From positions 8,399,751 through 8,463,750 of the forward strand of contig OZ037773.1 in the NCBI GenBank assembly GCA_964035545.1: DNA of 64,000 bases, in the 5' to 3' direction. Source of the stretch: Bugula neritina. Lineage: Eukaryota; Animalia; Bryozoa. Under the pieces are notes generated by a model. The model made no database searches and was not told the DNA's origin. It worked only from the letters and a program-made list of their open reading frames with translations. The position numbers and the translations under genes were made by a program. Below, piece after piece: positions 12,501-24,500 of the stretch (the stretch's first letter is position 1; the number at the start of each line of letters is the position of its first letter).

Positions 12501-15500
12501 TGTTGAATTTTTTATTTTTGTCTTTTAATACTTAAGGCTCTGATTTAGCATGCCTGTGATTTTTCATGTTAGTAATCTTTTTTTCAGTCTCTTAGAATAG
12601 TATAAATAGATTATTTTCATTTTTTAGATGATCTTATTTTTATTTTCTTCTGACAATTATTGACTGATGTCAAATTTAAGTATGTTGAAAAATCTTTCGT
12701 AATAATACTTGGCTGCTTCTTAACTTTTTATATATTTTTTCAAATGTTTTGTTGGGCTGTAGCACTAATGTTTTTATGTGTTAGTCAGCAAACCAGCATT
12801 TTTAATCCATTACTTTATCATAGATCATTTTAAAATTTATTAAATTATTTTTATTTTATGAGTAGTATTAAAGGAATTGTTAGATTTTCTAAATGCCTGT
12901 TTGCAGCTCCTACTCTAATAATAGACACATTTTGCTTTAAACTTACTTCAGTGTTCCCATTTTAATTTTACTTAAATTTTAAAATATTCATTTTCCAAAA
13001 GTTCTTCAATAGGTTTGTGCATTCTATTTTTATCTGAACCTCAAAATAAATTCTATTTTTATTCTTAATTTACGATATTTTTATAGTTATCTATTTTTGT
13101 ATCATGTTTTTATATCTGTTTACTTTTTGATGCTTCATATTTGAATTTTGTTTGAACCATTTATAGTTTTTTTAAAGTTGTTTTTTGTCATGTATATTCT
13201 GTGAATAATGTGCTAATCTTCTTGCATTTGCATCAATATTATGTTGCATGACATTTCTGGGTAATGTACTGCCAATATTGTAACTTCTATAAGAGATTTT
13301 GGATGCCTGGTGGACACTAGAGGTGCACCAAGTAAACATTTTCATGTTACCTGGTGCACCTCACACCAAATCTGACCTGCTGTTTGGTTTCTAAGGAAAT
13401 ATTCTATTGGTTGATGTCTCATACCGAGCCATTCTATTGGCTTCAATAATCTTAAAGTTGTTGGATTGGCAGCATATAGTGATAGGAAGCAGCAAACACC
13501 GCTGTGGTTTAAGAGAAATTGTCCTTCAGAAATATGAGTTCATTTTGTGCTAAACATAGTATTATTGGGGAACAGCTCCCTGTATATGCCAGACTTTGCT
13601 TTGATGGTTGGTGAAATGGAGTTTGTACTGTTGATGGTATCTGAGGTTGGTGACATACTATTATTACTATTACTACTATTATTACTAATTACTCTATATA
13701 CTATTACTATATACTACTACTACTAGTTATACTACTAGTACTGGTGACATACTATTACTACTACTACTACTAGTACTAGTACTGCTGTTGCAGCTGCTAC
13801 TGCTACTACATTTACTGACTAATTAACTAATTTACTCATTTAGTTCCACACGTTTGTGTAGCAGATTTTGATTTGTTTTATGAAATACTTCTCTGTGTTG
13901 TAGAAATGTGAGAAAAAGATTTCCCAACATAGTTATTCTGGTAGGCCTACTATTCTATGTATTCACAGAAAACTTGTTACACCTTCAAGTTACTTGAGTA
14001 TTTATTGACATTACCTCAGCAGGGGTCTTGCTAAGTATTAATTATTTGATGAAGTAGTTCCAATGTTGCCAATGCTAATTTATCATCTTCCTTGTGCTGA
14101 ACACACATTTTCTCAGAGCTCTGTGTTTTATCTTCACTTGATAATCATGTAACTTCCTTCTTCCTTGTTGCATCAGTATTTGCCTAACAAACTCATCTCT
14201 TGATAGGACGGAAACAATGCACCACCACCAATTAAATTCGAAATCGAAGAGGCCGAGGAAAAACGACTCCCTGTGCCGAAATTTAATTTCTTTGGAGTAA
14301 ACAATGAATGTCAGAGTCTGGTGATGCGGTTTATAGAGCAGTATGTATGCCTTCTCATCGGTTATGTAGTCTTTGATTGTTCTTGTATAGCCTGCGGGGA
14401 GTGGGGGGGGGGCTTCACACACCTTCCTTGGTAACTTCACCTTGCCTTGGGATCCTCTGCTCCCTGCATAAACTAGAATTATAGGGATGGGATATTAGAC
14501 CAGGTGGGCACAGGTTGGTGTATCATACACATACTACCTGCTGGGTGTATAGTATGTAGTGTATAGGTGGGCACAGGTTGGTGTAAGATATACATACTAC
14601 CTGCTGGGTGTATATAATGCCCAGCATCAACATCTGTCTGCAGGTACATACAGCTGTTTGATTCAAATCAGAGAAGCAACCTCATAGAGGCGTACCATGA
14701 CCATGTTACTTTCTCCACCAGCTTCTGGTTCTACCCGGATGAGAACGCAAAGTAAGCAGTAGTTAGCTGTATCATATATGCTATCCTATGTGTTAGTTGA
14801 CTGTATCATATCCTATGTGTTAGTTGGCTGTATCATATCCTATGTGTTAGTTGGCTGTATCATATCCTATGTGTTAGTTGGCTGTATCATATCCTATGTG
14901 TTAGTTGGCTGTATCATATCCTATGTGTTAGTTGACTGTATCATATATCCTATGTGTTAGTTGACTGTATCATATCCTATGTGTTAGTTGGCTGTATCAT
15001 ATCCTATGTGTTAGTTGGCTGTATCATATCCTATGTGTTAGTTGGCTGTATCATATCATATCCTATGTGTTAGTTGACTGTATCATATCCTATGTGTTAG
15101 TTGGCTGTATCATATCCTATGTGTTAGTTGACTGTATCATATCCTATGTGTTAGCTGGCTGTATCATATCCTATGTGTTAGTTGGCTGTATCATATCATA
15201 TGTGTTAGTTGGCTGTATCATATCCTATGTGTTAGTTGGCTATATCATATCATATGTGTTAGTTGGCTGTATCATATCATATGTGTTAGTCGGCTATATC
15301 ATATATCCTATGTGTTAGTTGGCTGTATCATATCATATCCTATGTGTTAGTTGGCTGTATCATATCATATGTGTTAGTTGACTGTATCATATCCTATGTG
15401 TTAGTTGACTGTATCATATCATATGTGTTAGTTGGCTGTATCATATCCTATGTGTTAGTTGACTGTATCATATCCTATGTGTTAGTTGACTGTATCATAT

Positions 15501-18500
15501 CCTATGTGTTAGTTGACTGTATCATATCCTATGTGTTAGTTGGCTGTATCATATCCTATGTGTTAGTTGGCTGTATTGTATCCTATGTGTTAGTTGGCTG
15601 TATCGTATCCTATGTGTTAGTTGGCTGTATCATATCCTATGTGTTAGTTGACTGTATCATATCCTATGTGTTAGTTGACTGTATCATATCCTATGTGTTA
15701 GTTGACTGTATCATATCATATCCTATGTGTTAGTTGGCTGTATGTGTGTTAGTCAGCAGTTTTGAGCACATCTGGCTAGCTGCCGATGTTCTACACACCA
15801 CTATACTAATTCTATACTGACATGTCATCACCTAAAATGTGTATAAACTTGTTTAATGAATCTCTTTTGGAATTGTCCACTCACCAAAGGGGAAGCCTGG
15901 TTTTAGCACTAGTCTCTCTATCGCCCTGTCTATTGCGTTCACGCTGCTATTCCAATCTGGGTAGATGTGTTACCTGTTTACACTTCAGTTCAATCACCGA
16001 GAGTTTACCTGTGACTTGTAGGCAGCATCGGTTTGACATTGGCTGCAGCAGAAACCTGGTGAGGATTCCACCACAAGAACGTAACGGGAAACGTGTACAC
16101 TACGGGAAGGAGGCAGTTGTTAAGTTCTTGGCCGAGGAGTTCCCGGAGACGAATCACTTGATGGAGACTCTCAATGCTGATGTTATTCATCACAGTGTAA
16201 GTATATACGAGTAGTGTAAGTATAGTAGTGTAAGTATAGTAGTGTAAGTACATGAGTAGTGTAAGTATAGTAGTGTAAGTATAGTAGTGTAAGTATAGTA
16301 GTGTAAGTGCATGAATAGTGTAAGTATATGAGTAGTGTAAGTATAGTACTGTAAGTATAGTAGTGTAAGTATAGTAGTGTAAGTGCATGAATAGTGTAAG
16401 TATATGAGTAGTGTAAGTATATGAGTAGTGTAAGTATATGAGTAGTGTAAGTATATGAATAGTGTAAGTATATGAGTAGTGTAAGTATATTACTATCTTG
16501 TGATTGTATCTGACATACTAACGTTGTGGTTGCGCTGTTTAGCCTCAGATGTTGAGTTTCACCATAACGGGCCTGTATGAGGAGTCCCGGAGCAGCAAGT
16601 CTTTCAAGGTCACAAGGTTATTCTCCAGAAACTTCACAGCCGTGTACCAAGGCGCAGGTGAGCTTCGAATATACACACTCGGTGCTCTGCTATATATTAT
16701 AATAATATATATAGTAAAATAATATATATATAGTAGAATAACATAATATTTTGTGTAATAACATATATTGCAAAATAATTATACAATAGAATAATATAAA
16801 TAGTATAATAATATTATATATGCAGTAGAATAATATAATATGCACTCACACTCTATGCTCTGCTATACAGTAGAATAACCTTGCAGGTATTGTCATCATC
16901 AGCGAGCAGCTTTCCTTCTCTAACGCCAACCCCGATAGACGAGGTCGGATGGTTGCTAACGGCAGCAAAAGGTCAACTGCCGCTCTCGGCAGCCAACCGT
17001 CCGTCTCCACCGTCTCTGCGCCGGTAGATGAGACAGCCCAGAATGCAATGGTGCAGAGGTTCATGATCGACTCTGGCATGAATGCTCATTACAGCAGAGA
17101 GTAAGTGTATTCCTTCATATCTCATTGTAGTGTGTGTTGTTACATGTGTAGTGTGTGTTGTTACATGTGTAGTGTGTGTTGTTACACGTGTTGTGTGTGT
17201 TGTTACACATGTTGTGTGTGTTGTTACATGTGTGTTGTTACATGTGTGTTGTGTGTGTTCTTATACATGTAGTGTGTGTTGTTACACATGTAGTGTGTTG
17301 TTACACATGTAGTGTGTGTTGTTACATGTGTTGTGTGTGTTGTTACATGTGTTGTGTGTGTTGTTACACGTGTTGTGTATTATACTAAGTTTTCTCTGTT
17401 TTAGATGTCTGCTGGTCCACAATTGGAACTATGAAGAGGCTGGCAAAAAGTTTACCATTCTTAAGGTATGGCACTATAATATACTATATACTACTACTAT
17501 ATACTACTACTATATACTACTACTATATACTACTATATACTATATACTACTCACTATATACTACTACTATATACTACTACTATATACTACTATATACTAT
17601 ATACTACTCACTATATACTACTACTATATACTACTATATACTACTATATACTACTATATACTACTCACTATATACTACTACTATATACTACTACTATATA
17701 CTACTATATACTACTACTATATACTACTACTATATACTACTACTATATACTACTACTATATACTACTACTATATACTACTACTATATACTACTACTATAT
17801 ACTACTACTATATACTATACTATATACTACTATATACTACTATATACTACTACTATATACTACTACTATATACTACTACTATATACTACTACTATATACT
17901 ACTACTATATACTATACTATATACTATTATATACTACTATATACTACTACTATATACTACTACTATATACTACTACTATATACTACTACTATATACTACT
18001 ACTATATACTACTACTATATACTACTACTATATACTACTACTATATACTACTACTATATACTATACTATATACTACTATATACTACTATATACTACTACT
18101 ATATACTACTACTATATACTATACTATATACTACTATATACTACTATATACTACTACTATATACTACTACTATATACTACTACTATATACTACTACTATA
18201 TACTACTACTATATACTACTACTATATACTACTACTATATACTACTACTATATACTATACTATATACTACTATATACTACTATATACTACTACTATATAC
18301 TACTACTATATACTACTACTATATACTACTATATACTACTATATACTACTACTATATACTACTACTATATACTACTATATACTACTACTATATACTACTA
18401 CTATATACTACTACTATATACTACTACTATATACTACTATATACTACTACTATATACTACTACTATATACTACTACTATATACTACTACTATATACTACT

Positions 18501-18983
18501 ATATACTACTACTATATACTACTACTATATACTACTACTATATACTACTATATACTACTACTATATACTACTACTATATACTACTACTATATACTACTAC
18601 TATATACTACTATATACTACTACTATATACTACTACTATATACTACTACTATATACTACTACTATATACTACTATATACTACTACTATATACTACTACTA
18701 TATACTACTACTATATACTACTACTATATTATTACCATACTAATACTTTTACTATATACAACTAACTACTACCAACTATCCTTCCCTATTGATACTTCAT
18801 AAACTAAATCTGTTTCAAGTGAATTCAATGTTATGATTATATCCACTAGTCCATTATAATACGTTATGTAATTCAACTGTCATTCCTCCATCCACTATTT
18901 AGTGAGCATTTGGAAGGTTTTTATGTACAGTGATTATTCTCTTTTAGGCTGAAGGCAAAATCCCTGCTGATGCATACTGCTAA
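6510..18983 (+). CDS. NXF1: Nuclear RNA export factor 1 (TAP/Mex67/sbr), 15 coding exons, about 636 aa
   Basis: Exons 6510-6609, 8171-8305, 8501-8652, 8968-9159, 9294-9438, 10159-10355, 10594-10703, 13904-13940, 14207-14340, 14644-14751, 16022-16196, 16543-16657, 16887-17100, 17405-17465, 18948-18983, all phase-compatible. RGG-rich N-terminus; RRM (WYQVTIPYG); LRR (LVALNLSNNRL, LDLSNN, RFPNIVILDG); NTF2-like domain (FIEQYIQLFDS, AYHD, LFSRNF); UBA/TAP-C (SGMNAHYSRECL..HNWNYEEA, GKIPADAY). Exon 1 is the least certain. Confidence 0.95.
9560..10155 (+). repeat. 21-nt intronic minisatellite (ttatgtgtacgtctgctactt[c/t]), about 28 copies, ending at the NXF1 exon 6 acceptor
   Basis: Direct tandem repeat; the last unit becomes ctacttcttacag|. 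Confidence 0.95.
10704..13903 (+). other. NXF1 cassette intron between the 110-nt and 37-nt exons (positional homolog of the retained, CTE-bearing mammalian intron 10)
   Basis: Upstream exon 10594-10703 is 110 nt and downstream exon 13904-13940 is 37 nt. They encode LRESELDRLKG...TYLS and NVRKRFPNIVIL, matching the human ELDKIKGL...TYIS and AIRERFPKLLRL region. This is the longest intron of the gene (3200 nt). Confidence 0.85.
11726..11978 (+). ncRNA. Candidate structured RNA element (multi-hairpin) inside the NXF1 cassette intron
   Basis: Hand-found stems: gtgacac/gtgtcac (11726/11767) enclosing aagtgt/acactt; ctgcac/gtgcag (11780/11791); actgagagtga/tcactcttagt with inner gagtagta/tactactc (11813-11877); gatcatt/aatgatc (11938-11972). 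GC content is raised relative to the U-rich surroundings. Confidence 0.4.
14757..15745 (+). repeat. 27-nt intronic minisatellite (atcctatgtgttagttg[a/g]ctgtatcat), about 36 copies, starting just after the exon 10 donor
   Basis: Direct tandem repeat that generates the spurious SYVLVGCII ORFs. Confidence 0.95.
16194..16490 (+). repeat. 14-16-nt repeat built from the exon 11 donor (agt|gtaagtat), 19 GTAAGT copies
   Basis: Counted directly; the first copy is the functional donor at 16197. Confidence 0.9.
17128..17380 (+). repeat. About 21-nt degenerate minisatellite (gtgtgttgttacatgt...) filling NXF1 intron 13
   Basis: Direct tandem repeat. Confidence 0.9.
17472..18730 (+). repeat. (tac)n/tata compound satellite, about 1.26 kb, starting at the exon 14 donor
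   Basis: tactactactata / tactactata units, almost only A, C and T. Confidence 0.95.
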
Positions 18984-19255
18984 TGTAAAGGCTAACTTGT
19001 ACCTGCTTTATGACACCTGCACAAGATGTCAGTTAGATGACATTTACTACTACATATATGAGCTGACAGCTCCTAGCAAGTGTATCTATTGACTGAAAGG
19101 CTGGCTGTTTGATACTGAATAATATTTAACTATTATTGTCCATTTTATTGGCATGCCAAAACTTATGATACAGTGTAAGATTTTATGTCATACTGTATTC
19201 TTTTTATCCCCTAATTTCCATTTAACTATGAATATTGATATATTACTGTATATAT

Positions 19256-19261
19256 AATAAA
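19256..19261 (+). promoter_or_regulatory. Probable NXF1 polyadenylation signal (AATAAA)
   Basis: First canonical hexamer seen downstream of the stop codon, about 270 nt after it. Confidence 0.45.
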
Positions 19262-20814
19262 ACAATTGTATTATCACTTAGAAAATGTGGTATTGCCTAT
19301 CAAGATGTAACAAAACAACTAGCTTATAGGAAAAGCATTAGATTTAAGTAAGCTTATTCATTGACCCAGTGAGCTAAACAGCAATGACATATGTATTACA
19401 TATTACATATGTCTACGTATATATTACTTATGTATGTTGACAAAAAAGTACTGGTTTTTCCAGTCTAATAAAAACTTATAGTTTGCAGTTATTTCTCCTG
19501 AATAATATTTACTAAAATCTACATTAGAACAGCTTTGTACTTCGCTCAGGACTTGGTAGTTATCTTAGGCTTTCTGAGAAATGGACAGGAAAAACTACCG
19601 GATGCAGACATATCAAACAAATACATTTCCTACATTATTTGACGTTCTTTTAAACAAACAGGCATCAAGAAGTAGTTAGGTGATAGATATAAGAAGGGAT
19701 GTACATATATATTTTTCCAGTCAAGGCCACCCATTCAGAAGTAGCCTGCAGTGTTATGGTAATAAAACCTTAAGTTGGTTATCCCTCCACCAGCAAGACA
19801 ATACTTTTCGGTCATGAAAATTATTGTAAGGAAAATAACTACATGTAAAATCCTATTGCTGGATAAGTACTATATTATATACAAGGTGACATATTTTCAC
19901 TTGCAGTCTTTTCAACACACCAAGTAGCTAGATAACTCTTTAAACACTAATAGTGATGGCTTATTGCAGATAGGAGAAGTACTAGGGTTACTGGTTACTG
20001 GTATTTTATACTCTGGTGGTCTGCCAAAGTAAAGCACTAGGCTTAGAAAAGCCGTCTAAGTTTGAATCAAAACTCATTTAAATGCAGTCTAGTACTTAGT
20101 GAATAGGATTACATCTCTATCCCGCTAGTTGTATGTAGTTATAATTAACTAATGCAGGTTATTACCTACTCTAGTCTTTGTATACACTAGAATATTCGCC
20201 CAGATAGCATACATGAAGTGAAAGCCAGTTTAGATTTATAGGATGTATAGCCAGGAGAGTCTAAGTGTTTATGAATTGAATATATATTTTAGAGTATTAC
20301 CTTAATTTCATTATAAGTAACAATTAACTTTTGTAACTTTGTAACAAGCTGAAAATTATCATAACGCCACAAAAATGAGAAAATTATAATAACAAGTAAT
20401 GCTACTTCAGAATTATTCAAGTCTAGTCTCCAGACTGACTAGCAAGTGTGCTGCTGTTACAATGCTGCCTTTGCTAGTGGGATGATGAAAAGCACATTGC
20501 TATAACCGGACATATTTACTAAAATAGTGTGTTAAAATATTATTAAGACTTTTACAACTAATGAAATTGATATATGGTAACTTGTATATGTCATTTCACA
20601 AATTGAGTAAAACCAGTATAAATATGCAAGAAGAATTTCTAAATTTAAATATAAACTGCATAAATCTGCACATGTGATATCAACATTTGATCAAATCTAT
20701 TATTCTTATTTTTATATGTAGTACCTTTTATGCTTGAGTAGAATAAATTTCCAATAAAAATTAACCTGGGTGTGTCTTACAGAAGATAAGAAGAAACAGC
20801 AACATTTTTACACT

Positions 20815-21028
20815 GGTGTCCGGTAAAAATGGCACAGGTAAAAATGGTTCAAATGGCAAAATAGTTAAAGTCAGCGCACGTTCAACATTAAGGTTTGGGG
20901 TAGGGTTGGGTGTTTATGATGGGGGTATAGGTTTGGGAATGGGGGTTTGGGTTTAGGGATTAGCAAAATTTAACATCGGTGTGCCATTTTTTCCTACTTT
21001 TCCATTTGTGCCATTTTTACCTAAAACC
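20815..21028. mobile_element. MITE-like TIR family B with G-rich core
   Basis: TIR ggtgtccggtaaaaatggcaca ... tgtgccatttttacctaaaacc with internal ggtttgggg/ttaggg runs. Related copies at 22144-22209, 53344-53495 and 63721-63841. Confidence 0.75.
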
Positions 21029-21554
21029 GTCTGCATTATATACCACTCAATCAGCCTATGCTAAAACAAAACACCTACACGCCATTTTAGTAACTATTCC
21101 AAAGGACAGTTAATGGCAAGCATTTTGTATCTGAATGTGGACAAAAACTAGTAAGCTTTTGGATTTAGTTGATATATGTTCAAGTTAGTCTTTGGTCACG
21201 ATCTTAACTAACACAACAAACAGTTTCAATGAAAAGCTGCATGTTGCAGTATTAGTGCGAAACAATGACTACACACACCATGTTATATTCTTAATATATT
21301 GTAATAGGCTTTAAAGATAGGCCTATTCAGCAGGAAGCTGTGTTTGAGGGATTTTATAACACACCACACAGATACTGGAATGCTGAAAATGGCTGTTATC
21401 AAAACTTGTAGCATAAATGAAATGAACCATGACCGCAGGCTGCCTATCCATATTTCAACTACTAGTTACAAACATGGCTAATTGTCCATTGTATTCATGC
21501 TGATCAGCTGTGTTGTGGTGGGACTGCTGTAGAATCTCAGTAATTATCTTCAAA

Positions 21555-24500
21555 ATGACCAAAGAAAGGTTCGACAGAAATTTATCTCTCGTTTTCTGCT
21601 TAGCCAGTCAATTTTTCAACTGCGTAGCTATTAGTGTGCCCTCTCCATTTCTACCAAGGGAGGTGAGTCCATTATTATCAATTCTCATCTGTATATAAAC
21701 TTTAAGTATTAAATTATTTTTTTCCAGCTATATTTTGAAAAATAGTTTTTCTACACTTCATATACTTAATGTACTGTGTTTCCTTAACTGCAAATATACT
21801 GTCTTTTAAAAAAATTTAAAAATAATTTATTTTTCAACCATTATGTATTTTTTACCTAATTTTTATTCGTCATTCTTTACTAGAAAACTGCTTACTGCCA
21901 AATATTTAGATCAACTAAAAGATGAATTTTTTAAGCATAATTTTGCTAAATAATTAATAATTATATTTATCTGCTAAATATTTCAAACCCATGCAGTGGA
22001 ATATTAACTCCCCAAACTTGTTAGTACATTCATAACCTTTAAAACAAACAGATAGAAATATTAAAGAAGCTGCCAGAAGTTTGGTATCCAAAAAGCAAAT
22101 AAATGGTTTGGTTCAGCATTACTGATGGCCTATAAAGACTTTAGGTGTCTGGTAAAAATGGCACAGGTAAAAATGTGCCATTTTCCCCTGTCTCATTTTG
22201 CCTAAAATCATGATTTTTGTTACATAATATTAACGTTATAATATTTTGCAGAGGATTTGATATTTACTCAGTCATTCTAACATGTATGCATAAAAACATA
22301 ATAAAGGTGAATAACAATTTTATTCAAAATAGACAACAATGTCCATCACAGTCTGAATTGAACATAATTATTATGACTAGAACTTATTAATCAATCCAAC
22401 TATAAAGGCTGAGCTAAATTTCTTAATGCTTTACAAGGAGGATTTAAGACAGAGATACTTTTTTACATTAGACTGTTGAATAAAGATGCAGCAAAATAAA
22501 GTGGTAAAGGGGCATCATGACTTATATGACTTACTGTTCCAAGTTATAAGCCTACAATTCAGTCTTACCGTATCAGTTTTAGTCCTGAGATGAGTCTACA
22601 GTTTATCTAATCATAAACACTCTTCATTTTGTAGACTGAGCTTCATGGCCTCAGCAGCCTAACCACGGGTATAATGCTCGGTATTGTAGACTTTGAAAAC
22701 TGTCTCTTCAGTTTCATGTGGAACAAAACAGTAAGTTTCACAGAAATGAATTAGTATATTACCTTTTTTCCTGATATGTTTCTTGCAGGACAGGTGTTTT
22801 TTTAAATTCTCCACTGTTACGGCCCTTACCTTAATTTTGAGCTTTAATAGTTTATTTTAGTTTTGTTACAACAAACTTTTGCATGATGAGACATTTCTGC
22901 TACTAGAACATACTAAGAACATAATCTTTTGCCATCGCTGGAAAACCAGGCCCTACTGCATGCTTATATTTATACAATTTACCTACTTAAACGTACACCC
23001 ACCTTTTATATAGGCAGTTAGAATCGGAATGAGAAATGTGCTGAAAATCGGCAACCTCGTAACTTCCTTGGCAACAGCATTATTTGCATCAATACACTTC
23101 ATCCCCCACGGCCAGAGTACCGCATTTATCACTGCTGGATTAGCCATCAGATTTCTGTTAGGCATCGGGTCCTCTGCTTGTTGGACCTCTTCCCTCACCA
23201 TAGCTGGTAGTCTTTTCCTGGAGGAAAGTGTCTGGGTTCTGGTAAGACACGAATGACAAGTTTTTGTGGTTTTTGCTAACTTGAAAACGCTTTACTTCCT
23301 GTCACAGACTTGATCTGCTCAACAGGGCTCACGTTTGCCTAGAATTGTCTGATGCGTAGCAGAAGCTTGTTATGTGGCTAAGGACTGTGTCTCATCCTGC
23401 TACTAACATGATTAAAGAGCTGCCATTACACTTTCTGACATCACCATGGCCTAATGCACTATTGTATGCCATGTCTGATTAGCGCTCTAACTAGACTATG
23501 ACTTCTTGATAGATTTAATTTTGCAAATCCAATCTTGAGAGTTTCAAATTTTTGCTGTTTCTAAGTTTCTTAGGAAAATAACAACATTTGCATATATTTA
23601 GTAAATTAGGTGTATATGACAAGCTGCTTGTGCTTGCAGAGCATATTGGCAGCTTTGGGCGGAGTTGGAATGGTTAGTGGTCCAGCAATAGGCAGCGCAC
23701 TCTTTACTGTAAGTATACTGTTCCCTTTTTACTGTAAGTACTGTTTACTCTTTACTGTAAGTACTGTTCACTCTTTACTGTAAGCACTTCGCAACTCTTG
23801 ACTGTCAGTACTTTTTAACTTTTACTGTAAGTATTACTTTACTGTCATTGTAGGTACTACCTTACTCTTTACTGTAAGTACTACTCAATTCTTAGCTATA
23901 AGTAGTCTTTACTTTTAGCTACTAAGTCACTCTTTTCTATCCATCACCATTTTGTCTGTCTGTTCATAGTCAATTGGAAATTAGATGATGAAAATACAAT
24001 AGTACGTGGGTACTGTAACCAAGTAATTGCATACATATATGTAGATCTGCCTCTAGGTTCCAACCTGTTGCTTAGTGATGAAGTTTTGTAAATTCATAGA
24101 ATATATTATTTGGTGTGAATTTGACTTAATAAACAGCTGATGGCATATAAAACGAAATATTTTCTCACACAACCAGGGGCTACATATCTTATGCAGGCTG
24201 ACCTAAAAACACTGAATAGTTTCACCTAAGAATTTCAAGTTTTCCCATATCATTTAAAAATTGCCTCAAACTTTAAATTCACTTGAGGAATAGTTAAGTG
24301 TATGGTTTAAGTATTAATATCAAGTTGCTAATGAAGCTGATAAAACGAAGTAGCATACAATTTGTCCATGTTTCTAGGTTGGTGGGTTCTGGCTAGTGTT
24401 TGTAGTCTGTGGAGGAGTCATGTTTGTTTCCTGTATTACCATGTTTATATGGCTACCAGATCCAGGTATATTATACAATATGTCTATATATCTATACATC

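Noticed and set aside
10704-13903. Canonical MPMV/mammalian-type CTE in the cassette intron
   Set aside because: No complete ACCTAAGACAGG loop or opposing CAATGACGG strand was found by eye; only the partial ACCTAAG, so it is reported as a candidate only.
17316-18765. 475-aa and 444-aa Tyr/Thr/Ile ORFs
   Set aside because: Translation of the (tac/tata) satellite inside NXF1 intron 14.
20890-20962. Interstitial telomere
   Set aside because: A single TTAGGG within irregular G runs, enclosed by TIRs of a dispersed element.
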